The notes under the pieces are model-generated. The model saw only the letters and a list, made by a program, of their open reading frames with translations. It had not been told where the DNA came from and searched no databases. Made by a program: the position numbers and the translations under genes. From Octopus vulgaris (taxonomy: Eukaryota), in NCBI GenBank assembly GCA_951406725.2, contig OX597820.1:115754001-115818000 (forward strand): a stretch of 64,000 nt of DNA, written 5' to 3'. This document shows, in pieces, positions 1 through 13,021 of this stretch (positions within the stretch are counted from its first letter, which is position 1; the number at the start of each line of letters is the position of its first letter).

Positions 1-638
1 TTATGGCAAAATTCATTACCTGAATTTCGAAATTAGGTCACGCTTTTACACAAACTCAACATTAACTTTGTTCTCCCGAATGATACGATTTGGAAAGTTC
101 AGATTCCTATTCAGGTATTTCCACAAATAATGGATTTCATCTGCTTCTAAGTGACAGAAACGCTTTCTCACAAGTCGTCCTCCATTCACCCAACACTTGA
201 GTGCTTTCATATCTTCTCTAATTATCTTCGCATTCACTTGTAGGACCATCTCTTTATAATATAATTCTTAACGTTTAAAGTTTTTCTGAATCCTTAATGC
301 TTTACAATTTTATATTCAGTTATCTGGGGTTTTTTTTAAAATAGTTTCTTCCTCCGATCGATCGTCAATAGCATTCACTTTCAGCATAAATTTCCTATTG
401 ATAAAATCTTACCTTGATGAATGTCATTTGACGAATTACCGACCGCTTAATAATTATTTGAAAGTCAAACATTTTTATCGACTATTGACAAATTAAAATA
501 TATATTTATACATATTATTCCGAAATTCACAATTATATTTATTGGTATTGCATTTTTTGTTTATTCGAATTATGATAGAAACGATATTTTTTTTTTTTTA
601 GTTCTGCAAACTAATACTTTTTTTTTTTTAAATTTCAG

Positions 639-1547
639 ATGGCAAAACTTGGATTTGCTGAGAATTTCGCTCTTAGTGGAGCAGCTGCTATCATATCCAA
701 GACAGCCGCAGCTCCAATTGAACGAGTAAAGCTGCTGGTTCAAAATCAAGATGAAATGTTGAAGAGTGGTAGGCTGAAGGAGCCTTACAAGGGTGTGATT
801 GACTGCACAATGAAGACCTTCAAGTCCGAGGGTGTCTTACCATTCTGGCGTGGCAACTTGGCCAACTGCATCAGATATTTCCCAACCCAGGCTCTCAACT
901 TTGCTTTCAAAGATCAGATCAAAATCTTGTTTAAATCTAGTAAGGCAGATAGTTACACTTTGAAGTTTACCAAGAATGTGGCATCAGGCGGTGTTGCTGG
1001 AGCTTTGTCCCTGTGCTTTGTCTATTCCCTCGATTATTGCCGAACCCGTTTAGCTAATGATGCCAAGAGCAGCAAAAAGGGTGGTGAGCGCCAATTTAAC
1101 GGTATGGTCGACGTCTACCGCAAAACAATAGCATCTGATGGTGTTGCCGGACTTTACAGAGGTTTTGTGATCTCTTGTGTTGGAATCGTTGTCTACAGAG
1201 GGTGCTATTTCGGTTTCTATGACACCTTGAAACCAATCGTCATTGGTGACGATGCCAGTCTCTTAATGTCCTTCGCACTTGGATATATTGTAACCATCAG
1301 TGCTGGTCTTGTCTCTTATCCTATTGATACAATCAGGAGAAGAATGATGATGACATCCGGTGAAGCAGTCAAATATAGTGGATCCATTGACTGTACGATG
1401 AAGATCGTCAAATCAGAAGGATTTATGTCATTGATGAAGGGTGCTGGTGCTAACATCCTTAGAGGTGTTGCTGGAGCTGGTGTCTTGTCAGGGTTTGATA
1501 AATTCAAAGAACTGTATGTGGCTTTCCGTTTGGGCAGATCATCCTAA
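639..1547 (+). CDS. ANT: Mitochondrial ADP/ATP carrier (adenine nucleotide translocase, SLC25 family), intronless CDS, 302 aa
   Basis: Carrier motifs PIERVKL, SLDYCRT and PIDTIRR; RRRMMM signature; [14 protein letters not shown] polypyrimidine tract ending tttcag lies directly before the ATG (5'UTR intron acceptor). Confidence 0.97.
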   Translation: MAKLGFAENFALSGAAAIISKTAAAPIERVKLLVQNQDEMLKSGRLKEPYKGVIDCTMKTFKSEGVLPFWRGNLANCIRYFPTQALNFAFKDQIKILFKSSKADSYTLKFTKNVASGGVAGALSLCFVYSLDYCRTRLANDAKSSKKGGERQFNGMVDVYRKTIASDGVAGLYRGFVISCVGIVVYRGCYFGFYDTLKPIVIGDDASLLMSFALGYIVTISAGLVSYPIDTIRRRMMMTSGEAVKYSGSIDCTMKIVKSEGFMSLMKGAGANILRGVAGAGVLSGFDKFKELYVAFRLGRSS

Positions 1548-1774
1548 TATAATCTGTTGGTTAGGAGGCAAAGTGAAATAAGAATTTGGTAGATAAAATT
1601 TTTCAAAGTTTTAGACAGTAATGCTGTGACTTTCAAAAGAACCTGGTTTGACTGTATGGAAATTGACCAGCCTGGGGCTCAGTTGTTAAGACCAAGTTAT
1701 TGAGCACAAACTTCACCTATTACCTGTATTTTAAAGTACCTTTTGAAGATGGACCCGACTTGTCGCAGTTAATT

Positions 1775-1780
1775 AATAAA
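1775..1780 (+). promoter_or_regulatory. Candidate polyadenylation signal of the ADP/ATP carrier gene
   Basis: AATAAA about 230 nt after the stop, followed by T/GT-rich sequence. Confidence 0.55.
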
Positions 1781-3976
1781 CAAAATTAACTCGTTACTCT
1801 TGTTCTAAAGTTGTGCTTTTTCTTTACTGTAATTTCCTGGTTCCACTGTTAAATTTTGTTAATGAGTTTTGGAATTTTTATTTTACTGAGCCTAGGTAAA
1901 AGAAGGAAAAAAAAACAGCCTATAATTTAATTTTTTTTCAACAGGATCACAGCATTCTTGGCTTATATCTTGTATTCTCTTATTTCCATGAATTTTTATT
2001 GTAAATGCAATAGCTCTTAGTTCTTGATTGGGTGTCCATTCTGTGGATATATTTAGCCTGTAAGTTTGTTACTCCACCTCTGTTTTCAGATAGGTTGATA
2101 AAAAAAAAAATGTTTGGGAAGTTAGGCTTTTTTTTTTTCATTAATTTTCTGTTAATAGGGTGTGGTAGTCCTAAGAAAATGAAAAGAATTTTGGTGGGAG
2201 ATTGTAATACTTGGTGTCACCAAAATATTCTAGTGTTAATGTGATTGGACAAGTTTATCACTTATCATTGTTAACCTCATGTCCTGTCCGTATTTTTTTC
2301 CCTGGCTTGCAATTGTCAGGTCTTCAACTGATTTATTGACCCATTGCAATAATGACCAAGGAGTTTAAAGACCTATTCAGTTTATCCAAGTTTAAATTGT
2401 CATGATTTAAATGTGCATGGAACAGCTTACACTAAAACGTAAAACAAAACTAACCTGGACATGCAGCTGAATGTAACTCTGAACCCATTCACATTTAAAT
2501 CGGGCCATGTCTGGCCAAAATATTCCAGGTGTTTTATGTTAAAATGGTCAGATCAGGTCTCTCCCACTAACTGTACAATATCATCCTAAAAATTTACCTT
2601 ATCAAAATCTCAAGGCTACAAGATAATCCATAATTAATTCAAAGCAATGTGAATAAAAAGCATTACTTTTGACAATAATCTGAGTGTTAAAGGGTTAACT
2701 AACCAGCATTATATTATAAATTTGCATCTTTATCTCGGTATTATTGCAAGGTGCTAATGATGAGTTAAACTTTGGTTCGAAGTTTCTCAAAACAGTAAAA
2801 TTTAATATGTACGCTGTTTTTGGGTTTATAAATTTTATTGGGGCTAAATATTAGTAGGTTTTGTACCTTTATGTAATTTATTGATCTTTAGCATAATTTG
2901 GGCTGGTTAGCTTGATGTTCAGGTTGATTCTCTCACTTTTAACGATATTTCTTTGGGAGATGTCAACTATATATTTCACTTTATTCTATGAATAAAATGA
3001 AAAGAGGAGACACTTATAGTAATTGGAATTATTCTGTATTAGGTCCTCTAAACCAGCACTTCTTAAACTATGGGTCAGGACCCCATTGGGGGTTGCAAAA
3101 TTAAATTCAAACACTTGAATTTCAGTTTATTTCACAAACACATTTAATACCTGGGGTCACAATGTTGAAATAATGACCTGTACCAGAAAAAAAACAAAGA
3201 AATATTTAACTCACTAAACTTTCGAAACTTAAAATTGAACAAAGAAGCACTTAAATATGATCAAGTCTTTATATCCATGACAACTGCACTATTGTTTTAT
3301 ACAGTGTTTATTGCCATAAATATAGTGACTTTTGTGGAAATAAATGAAGAAATAAGTGATTGTGTTTTGTTATTTACCATCTACAAATCCGATTTATAGT
3401 TGACATAGTGGACATAGCTATCACTTTTATTTTGTGAAATAACAGTGTTCTTGATTAATAGAAAATTTTTGCAAATCAGAAATTGTGTTTACATTTTCAA
3501 AGAGATTACCAATATTTGGTAGCTTAATTGGAAACTAGTATCAGTTAAGTTTGTTCAGATTAGCAAGGAATTATATTGATAACCTTTTAACGCCTTGCTA
3601 ACAATTTGTGATGCTTCAAATGCTATCATAGTTCCATAGGAAGGAAAACGAACGCTTGGGTGAATCTGAATGATTCCATGCTTTTGGACAAATGAAAATA
3701 AAACTTTATTTTTCTACATCAAACACACCTCTTTAATTTGAAAAAGACCAAATGCTAGTTTGAGCATTTATCAGGTGAATAAATCCTGTTTGTTTCCAGG
3801 TATGAAACTGCATATCACATGCACTGACACGCTGCGATTAACACAGAATGACCTTTGACCTGTTAACTAAAAATCAGATTAACTTGAAGGTCAAGTCTTA
3901 ATATTAAAAGCTGAATATCTCCTCTACTGCTCTTGTGTGATCAGCAAGTTTGCTGCTATAAACCATTGAGGTCTAC

Positions 3977-4297
3977 TCTCTCTTTTGCTCTTTTACTTGT
4001 TTCAGTCATTTGACTGGCCATGCTGGAGCACCACCTTTTAGTCAAGCTGATTGACCCCAGGACTTATTAAGACTAGTCCTTATTCTATCGGTCTCAGCAT
4101 TGGTTGTCAAGTGATGGGAGGACAAACACACACACACATTCATATATATGACGGGCTTCTTTCAATTTCTGTCCATCAAATCCACTTACAAGGGTTTGGT
4201 CGGCCCAAGGCTATAGTAGAAGACACTTGCCCAAGGTGCCATGCAGTGGGACTGAACCCGGACTCATGCGGTTCGTAAGCACAGCCCCTCCTACACC
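3977..4297 (-). mobile_element. tRNA-headed SINE family A, degraded copy
   Basis: Matches other family A copies (gtgagtggatttggtagacggaaactgaaagaagcccgtcg core; cagtcaaatgactgaaacaagtaaaagag tail). Confidence 0.8.
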
Positions 4298-4432
4298 TAG
4301 GTCTGGATTTTTTTTTTTTTTTTTTTTCCAATTTTAACCTTTAAGCATTTAAACCAGCCATATCTGGCCAAAATATTCTTGATTTTCAAACTGGCCAGTT
4401 CTGGACTCGCACCTTTTTCTAAAAGTAAACCA

Positions 4433-4505
4433 GTCGAAATAGCTCAGTTGGGAGAGCGTTAGACTGAAGATCTAAAGGTCCCTGGTTCAATCCCGGGTTT
4501 TGGCA
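4433..4505 (+). tRNA. tRNA-Phe(GAA), probably a retroposed or pseudogenic copy
   Basis: 73 nt, near-identical to canonical eukaryotic tRNA-Phe; anticodon loop CTGAAGA; two G-U pairs in the acceptor stem; T7 terminator at 4523-4529. Confidence 0.9.
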
Positions 4506-4970
4506 TCTGGTGGCTGGTCTGCTTTTTTTAATGGTGGTGCCCCAGCATGGCCACAGCTCATGAGCTGAAACTAGAATCAATCAATCAATCACATTTGAAA
4601 TCTTCAAGCTACCAGATGATGTGATTAATTCATAACAATCAATAAGCTTTACATTTGACGGCATAACCTGGATGCTGAACTGTTACAGTCTCTTCCCCTT
4701 GAATACCAGTGTTGGCCACTTGGTGCTTTGTCGATCATTTCCTGTTAATCTCCTTCAAGCAGTCATCACAGATTATCTGTCAACTATGGAGTTAATATTG
4801 GCACATCTTACCAAACCCGCAGCAGCTTTGAAATGCACTTTACAAAAGTACAATGGAAGGAGAAACAGAAATCTTGAAATCAAAGACACCTACCTCTGTG
4901 CTTTAGATAATTCCAGATGCTGCAGAAACTCGACATGAATGAAAATACTTACGGATACCTGTTAAATACA

Positions 4971-5195
4971 TATTTCTTTACTACCCACGAGGGGCTAAGC
5001 ACAGAGAGGACAGACAAACGGATTAAGTTGATTACATCGACCCCAGTGCGCAACTGGTACTTAATTTATCGACCCCGAGTGGATGAAAGGCAAAGTCGAC
5101 CTCGGCGGAATTTGAACTCAGAACGTAGCGGCAGACGAAATACCGCTAAGTATTTTGCCTGGCGTGCTAACGATTCTGCCAGCTCACTGCCTTCT
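4971..5195 (-). mobile_element. SINE family B
   Basis: gagctggcagaatcgttagc head, ctgagttcaaattccgccgaggtcgac B-box region, gtaaagaaata tail. Further copies near 7850-8253, 9050-9245, 26565-26750, 27320-27540, 41635-41870 and 56885-57325. Confidence 0.85.
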
Positions 5196-6495
5196 TAAGT
5201 ACAGTTAAGTCCAATCGGATGATCTGTTGAAGGGGAATATGTTAGTGATTCACAAGACTAAATTTGGAGAGAAACATAATTGAATTCCAGTAACTTTGAC
5301 CCTTTCATTACTGTATTTATTTTGGGATGCTCTGTGTTTCTCTCAATTATTTTAGATATAACAAAGAATTTTGTAAAATAACTTAGCTATAATTTAGCTG
5401 GTGTTAGGAACAGTAATTATGACTAAAGTTTGGTGGAAGATTTTAATTTGCAACTTATGAAAACAATACATTTGTACTAAAGAGCCAGAGCCGGGTTGGT
5501 ATCAAAAGCGTTAAGTGATACCAAAAGTTAGGCTTTGTGGGGATTTGAAAACTGAAGAGGGATGAATATGTTTGATAAGGCTTTAGACACCAACTTAGGT
5601 TTGTTATTTCCTGCTAATCCATCTGTCACTCAAGTACTGGGTCAAAGTAATTACCTGCTTGTCTATGTAGAACAAGTTGGAACAAGTACACCTAGCTAGG
5701 GTACACAAGCACTTTCATATACATGATGGATTTTAAGTTTCTGCCTATGAAATTCACTCTAGGTTTTAGTTGACCCAAGGTGTAGTAGAAGACACACAAG
5801 GTGTCATGGAAGCACTTAATAGGATACAAAATCACTGGATATTCCAAATGTAGGTAGGTTCTGAATTTGGAGCAACAAACGTGCTTGTTTTGAAAGTTGT
5901 GATTGTGTTGATGGTGAAAATGCATAATTTCTCAAATTATGTCATTATGCTGTGTAGAGACTATGAGTTCAAATCTGCTCCTGGTATTTTATTATGCCTT
6001 GGGTCTTCATCCCTTCAGTCAATTATCAATTTCATCCCATATTAGGGATGAAATTTTTTTTTTTTTTTTTTTTGGTACAGTTCATCTAAGATATTATATA
6101 GCTTGTTTTTTAAGCCACTAGAGATTTAACTGCTATTTCTAGCAGGTCAAGCAGCTACATAGAGGGTCTCTTTATATGTCTTGTTCATTTTGTTGGTGGT
6201 TTATAGACACCAGATGATCTGAGAATGTTTCCTTCTATGAAATTGATGCCCCTATCTTGTCTGCTTCATAATATGAAACCGCAGCTAAGTACCTTTCTAG
6301 GCCCTGCAACCTTTTTATTTTTTATCTATACACATATTGCATAGATTTAAATAACATACAAAGGTATATCGAATCATGCAATTTACATAGTTTGACGTGC
6401 TTTTCCATGTTAGCATCACAATCTCTTCCACCCACAGCAGGATACGTGGAAGAATTTCGAATTCAGCTTTAAAAACAAACACACATCAATTATTT

Positions 6496-7032
6496 AACCC
6501 TTTCGTTGCTGTATTTATTTTGAGATGCTCTGTGTTTCTTTCAATTAATTTAAAATATAACAAAGAATTTAGTAAAATAACTTATCATTCAGCTAGTGTT
6601 AGGAACATAAATTGTGACTAAAGTTTGATGGAAGATTTTAATTACTCTCTTACTCCTTTACTCTTACTTGTTTCATTCATTTGACTGTGGCTATGGACTT
6701 ATTCTTTGGAAGCCTAGGACTTATTCTATCGGTTTCTTTTGCCAAACTGCTAAGTTACAGGGATATAAACACACCACCATTGATTGTCAAGCAATGTTGC
6801 GGGGACAAACATACATATATATGAGGGGCTTCTTTCAGTTTCCGTCTACCAAATCCACTCACAAGGCTTTGGTTGGCCCGAGACTATAGAAGACACTTGC
6901 CCAAGGTGCCATGTAGTGGGAATGAACCCAGTACCACGTGGTTGGTAAGCAAGCTACTTACCACAGAGCCACTCCTATGAAAAGATGTTTGTACTACAGA
7001 GGCAGTTTCAGCCAGGTTGGTAATGAAAGGGT
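6496..7032. mobile_element. piggyBac-like MITE interrupted by a family A SINE (6644-6977)
   Basis: ttaaCCCTTT...AAAGGG termini; same body as 11032-11252 and 11398-11618. Confidence 0.7.
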
Positions 7033-7849
7033 TGACAAATATTTAGATATTTATCATCATCATCATTTAATGTCTATTTTCTCTGCTGGCATGTGTTGGA
7101 TGGTTTGATAGGAGCTGGAGAGCTGCAGCGGATTCCAATTTGTTTTGGCATAGTTTATATATTACTGGATGCATTTTACACGGCACCAGCACCTAATATC
7201 TATATAAGAAATCTGAACATAACAGTCAAGAATTAGAAACTGTTTTATTAGCTGCTACATCTTTATAGACAGAAGTGTAGCTCATAACTGATGGTTCTAG
7301 TGTGGAACATGTCCTAGAGGTCTGAGTTGAAGGGAAACCTAAAGTTTTATTAGTTCTTGGTTTAGCAAAATCTATAACTGGAACATTAGGAGGTCTAAAG
7401 CTCAGCTTTACTGCTCACCTGGTCCTGTTGTGTAATGGTCTTCTTTTTCCTTTCACATCCCAAACCTCTAAACTGGGGAAAATAATGAAGTTACTATGAC
7501 TCTTCTGTTTAACTCCTGTCAAAAACTTCATCCCTTTACAGGTATACAATGATTGAATCATCCTAACAAGATTCGCCTCTCTCTTTTTTTCCATATATGC
7601 TATTAACTCTGGCTCAAAATCATATATATATACAGGAAAGTAGAGGGAAACAGTTCAACACATTGAGGCGGCCATGTGTACAATATATGTATACACCACA
7701 CTTTACAAATGTGCCGCATATATTGAAAAATGAACTGTTTACAACTGAAATACTATGTGAATTTGAAAACAACCAGGTATGGCACATGAGACCGATCTAC
7801 GTATTTGCCCTTGGCACTCAATGTGTTCACAGAACCAACTCTACTTACC

Positions 7850-8253
7850 TATTTCTTTACTACCCACAATGGGCTAAACACAGGACAGACAAACGGATTA
7901 AGTCGATTATATCGACCCTAGTGCGTAACTGGTACTTAATTTATCGACCCCGAAAGGATGAAAGGCAAAGTCGACCTCAGCGGAATTTGAACTCAGAACG
8001 TAACGGCAGACGAAATACCTAATTCTTTACTGCCCACAAGGGGCTAAACACAGAGAGGATAAACAAGGACAGACAAACGGATTTAAGTCGATTATATTGA
8101 CCCCAGTGCGTAACTGGTACTTAATTTATTGACCCTGAAAGGATGAAAGGCAAAGTCAACCTCAGCGGAATTTGAACTCAGAACGTAACAGCAGACGGAA
8201 TACAGCTACGCACTTCGCCTGGCGTGCTAACGGTTCTGCCAGCTCACCGCCTT
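7850..8253 (-). mobile_element. SINE family B with tandem partial duplication
   Basis: Two consecutive family B 3' bodies with a single head. Confidence 0.8.
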
Positions 8254-10086
8254 CACCAACTCTACTTACCATTTCTCTGCTGTATTTGTATTAGTACTGG
8301 TTGCAAACGTTTGAAAGATTGAATAATTTCCAGAAATAATGCCCAATTATTTATTTCAAACTGAAGTAAGGTCATCAATACAAAATTATTTTTAAAAGTG
8401 TTTCAAACAAAGTTTATGAGCATTCATTAAATTCTTAGATAGTATTTGGGCCACAACATAAGCATTTGTGCGTTTGTGTGCAGAAGACAAATATGGGATT
8501 ATTTGATCCATGATGTGAACAAACAAAATTTTTTAAGTGTCAATATAGTTTCTAATGTAAGACAACTGGAGAGTCAAATTTTAAAACTTCAGATATATTG
8601 GTGCAAAGGAGAATTGTATGTTTTGGTTTATTTTCTTTTTCTTTTTTTTCCATAAATTTTAATCCTTTTCCAATGTTATTCAAATTAACATGTGAAATAT
8701 TTTTATCAGTTGTTTATGGTTTTTTTTTTCATTTTTGTAGTTCTGTTTTTCCTTTATAACTTTCTGTTGTTTTTCTTGAAATTTGAATAATATAATTTTT
8801 GCTTCTTTTCCAATATATGACAATGGGGTGTCAAATAGAAAAAAATGAAGGAATTTATCTGACGACCCCAAAATTCACAAATTTTGTGGACATGGTGTCT
8901 TTTAAACACTAATTACTATGACATTTAGATGTAATTAATTTTTACCTGCTGAATTTATGTTAAATTTTGTAATTGTTTGTATTTTATTATATTAGGTGAA
9001 TTAATAAAGATTATAGATTTTGGGGTTTTTAACTTTATATTCATATTGGCAAGTTTGCAGAAACATCAGCACATCGGACAAAATGCTTAGTGACAATTCT
9101 TCTGGCTCTTTATGCACTGAGTTCAAATCCTGTTAGCAGTCTACTTTGCCTTTTATTTTTTCGGGGTTGTTAAAATAAGGTCCCACTCAAGTACTGGGAG
9201 TCGATGTAACTAATTTGTCCCCTCCATTCACAATTGCAGGCTTTGAACCCTGTGCTGGATCAGCATCCCATTCAAGGGCCATGTTGGGATCTCTGTCATT
9301 TATACACCATGGAAACCTGGTAACTGGTGTAATGAGTCCTGGGGCACAAAAAATAAAAATGATCCCCACAAGCAAACATCTGTTTTCCATGCTGGCATGG
9401 GTTGGACAGTTTGGCAGGGCTGGCAGGCCAGACGACTGCACCAGAATTTATTTGTTTAGGCAATACAATAATCCCTTATGTCCCCAGACCTCCCACAGAA
9501 ATAATTAAAATCTAAAACAATATAAATACCCATTGGCTGCAGAAACCCATGAAATACTGAGGAGTCCACAATAAAAATTTACATATATTAGCCAGAAAAA
9601 TCTGCGATAGGTGAACCGCGATATGGCGAGGGATTACTATATATAAATATATATTTCCATCTACGTATGTGTTTGTCTCCCACTACAGCTTGACAACCAA
9701 AGTTGATGTGTTTACATCCCTGTAACTTAGCAGTTCAGTGAAAAAGCCTGATATAATAAGTACCAGACTAGGGAGGAAATTCATTCAGGTAAAATTCCCC
9801 AAGGTAGCACCCCAGCATGGCCACACTCCAATGACACTATAACAAATAAAAGGTAAAAAGATTTACCAATGAAAAATGCTTCCATATTTACATGTAAACA
9901 TGTAGGAACTCTGCCAGATCAGATTGGAGCCTGGTGCAGGCTTCTGGCTCACCAGTCCTCAGTCAAACCATCCAACCCATGCCAGCATGGAAACAACAAT
10001 GATGATGAGGAAACTACATTTTCTATCCATTGATTACCATTTATCATCATGTGTCTCACTCGTGAATGTATGAATAGAACCGGAAT

Positions 10087-10404
10087 ACAGTTCTATATTT
10101 AAGAGATGAGGAATTATTTACATTATTAAAATTTGACGGATATTTGTCCTCATCTTGTTTGTTGTCAACACAATGTTTCGTCTGATATACCCTCCAGCTT
10201 TCATCAGGTGTCTCGGGGGAATTTCGAACCTAACCCCAAGCTTCCAAGTTCAATTCCAGGCAGTGACCTGAATAATAATAATAATAACAGGAATGAGAAC
10301 CCAGTTTTGAAATTTACCCCAAGATACCTGATGAAGGCTAGAGGGTATATCATCCGAAACGTGTTAATAACAAACAAGATGAGGACAAATATCTGTCAAA
10401 TGTA
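10087..10404. mobile_element. Hammerhead-ribozyme SINE-like element, inverted two-arm insertion (copy 1)
   Basis: Minus arm 10087-10230 plus plus arm 10231-10404, each with CTGATGA-stem-GAAA; imperfect TSD aatagaaccggaat / aatagtactggaat. Confidence 0.8.
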
Positions 10405-11031
10405 AATAGTACTGGAATGAATTCAAACCAGAAACCTTTATTTCTAAACTTCATAAGAATAACAACATTATCATCTTCCCGATACTATTTTTACCCTCTT
10501 CTAAATTTTTCTTAAGCCCTAGTAAGGGCTCATATGGTTGGTTTATCCATTTTCCATAACATTTTCCGATATCACAATATTCTCCCTGAATGGGATATCA
10601 GTCTGTTGCAGGGTTCTAGGCCAGCAATTTTTGAGAGGAGGGGCAAGTTGCTTAACATTGACTCCAGTACTTGACTGGTACTTTATCCTGAGGGATGAAA
10701 GACAAAGTTGACCTTACTGGAGTTTGAGCTCAGAATGTAAAGAGCTAAAAGAAATGTTGCTAAGCATTTTGTCAGACTTGGAAATGATTCTGCTAATTCC
10801 ATTCACCACTACACATTTAGTGAAGGCCCATAGCTTAGTGGTCCTGGTGCTCAGCTTACAATCACAAGGCTGGGATTTCAATTCCTAGCAACGCCTGGTG
10901 ACCTTGAGCAAGATGTTTTATTTCATGTTGCTGCTGTCCACTCAATGGCAAAAATAAGTAGTACCTGTATTTCAAAGGGCCTGTCTTGTCACATTCTGTC
11001 TCATGCTGAATCTCCCTTAAAACTACATTAA

Positions 11032-11252
11032 CCCTTTCGTTACCAACCTGGCTGAAACCAGCTCTGGCTCTGAGTACAAATGCCTTGTTTTCTAAAGTTC
11101 TGAATTAAAATCTTCCATCAAACCTTAATCACGATTTCTGTTCCTAACACTAGCTGAATGATAACTAAGTTATTTTACTAAATTCTTTGTTATATTTAAA
11201 ATTAATTGAAAGAAACACAGAACACCGCAATAGAAATACGGTAATGAAAGGG
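11032..11252. mobile_element. piggyBac-like MITE
   Basis: TTAA duplication, CCCTTT...AAAGGG TIRs, inserted at a TTAA within a SINE. Confidence 0.85.
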
Positions 11253-11397
11253 TTAAGGGTACACATGTCTGTGGAGTGCTCAGCCACTTGCACATTCATT
11301 TTCCAAGCAGTCTGTTCCATCGCTTGGATTAATTGGAACCCTTGCCATAAATGATGGAATGTCATTTTATATGCACATTGATGTATCATATGATTAA

Positions 11398-11618
11398 CCC
11401 TTTTGTTACCATATTCCAGTTGAGATGCTCTGTGTTTCTTTCAATTAATTTTAAATATAACAAAGAATTTAGTAAAATAACTTAGTTATCATTCAGCTAG
11501 TGTTAGGAACATAAATTGTGACTAAGGTTTGGTGGAAGATTTTAATTCAAAACTTATGAAAACAAGACATTTGTACTCAGAGCCAGAGGTGGTTTCAGCC
11601 GAGTTGGTAGCAAAAGGG
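11398..11618. mobile_element. piggyBac-like MITE, same family in opposite orientation
   Basis: TTAA-CCCTTT...AAAGGG-TTAA. Related MITEs near 2483-2695, 4337-4690, 5298-5512, 56995-57215, 58113-58335, 62510-62655 and 62910-63128. Confidence 0.85.
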
Positions 11619-11920
11619 TTAAGGACCAGTTCTGATATGATTACATTAACACGATTAAAATGAACCCTGTACTCAACTGGTATTTCACTTTACCCGAGAT
11701 AAATGGAAGTTAAAGTTATTCTTAATAGATTTGGAACCCTGTACGCAAGTGTAGCTATGTGGTATGAAGTTTGCTTTCCAACCACATGGTTCCAGGTTCA
11801 GTCCCACTGCATGGCAAGTTGAGCTAGTGCCTTCTTCTACAGCCTTGAGCCGATCAAAACCTTGTGAGTGGATTTGATAGATAGAAACTGAAAGAAGCCC
11901 ATTATATATATACACATATA

Positions 11921-12470
11921 CGAGGGTGAGTCAAAAAGTAGTGCCATTTTGTTTAGGGCAGGTATAATTATCAACACAGGAACATGTATCATACATAAAA
12001 ACGAAGCTGGTCCTCTGTGGATCACATCCCTACTTTCTCCACATAGTCACCGTTTCTCTCAATAGCAATATTCCACCTTCAAATGAGAGCATGTATCCTT
12101 GCCCTGTGAAATTCTGTTGACTGTTCTTTGAGCCACTTCTTCACTACAGTTTTCAGTTCCTCGTCACCGGAATAATGCTTGCCTCTCAAACCCTCTTTCA
12201 TGAGGCTGAAGAGATGTTAGTTCAGTGACAAGGAAGTGAAAACTGTAGTGAAGAAGTGGCTCAAAGAACAGTCAACAGAATTTTACGGGCCAGGGATACA
12301 TGCTTTCATTCAAGGGTGAAACATTGTTATTGAAAGAAATGGTGACTATGTTGAGAAGTAGGGATGTGATCCACAGAGGATCAGCTTTATTTTGATGTAT
12401 GATACACGTTCCTGTGTTGGGAATTATACCTGTCCTAAACAAAGTGGCATTACTTTTTGACTCACCCTCA
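11921..12470. mobile_element. Mariner-derived foldback element made of two transposase 3' ends
   Basis: TA-flanked TIRs cgagggtgagtcaaaaagta / tactttttgactcaccctca; both arms carry the VVKKWLKEQSTEF...GDYVEK C-terminus. Confidence 0.8.
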
Positions 12471-13021
12471 TACACACATATATACATATATATATCATTG
12501 TTTAAACATTCGTTTTTCATACTGGCATGGATTGGATGGTTTGACTGAGGACTGGCAAGCCAGTAGGCTGCACCAGACTCCAATCTGATCTTGTATATAT
12601 TTATGTGTGTACGCCTTTGTTTGTTCCCCCGACAAAGACATACATACACATGACAACCTTCTTCCCATTTACCAAATCCACTCACAAGGCTTTGGTTGGC
12701 CCAGAGCTATAGTAGAAGACATTTGCCCAAGGTGCCACACAGTGCAATTGAACCTGGAACTATGGGGTTGGGAAATAAACTTCTTGCCACACAACCACAC
12801 CTGTACCTGTATGATGATGAATATATATATTTTTTTATTTCTTGCATCAACACCTTGGAATATTTTCAGTGGTGTGCCAATTTAGTACAGATCTAAATAT
12901 TAATAAAGAATTTATTCAAACAGAATAGCAACCTAAAAGACTTCTAAGGCCTGTGCTAAGGACCAAGTCCTCAATGTGTGGATCGAATCCTGATATTTGA
13001 TTTACAATTCAAAGTTTGAAC

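Noticed and set aside
46-249. 67-aa minus-strand ORF
   Set aside because: No recognisable motif or splice support; may be chance or window-edge sequence
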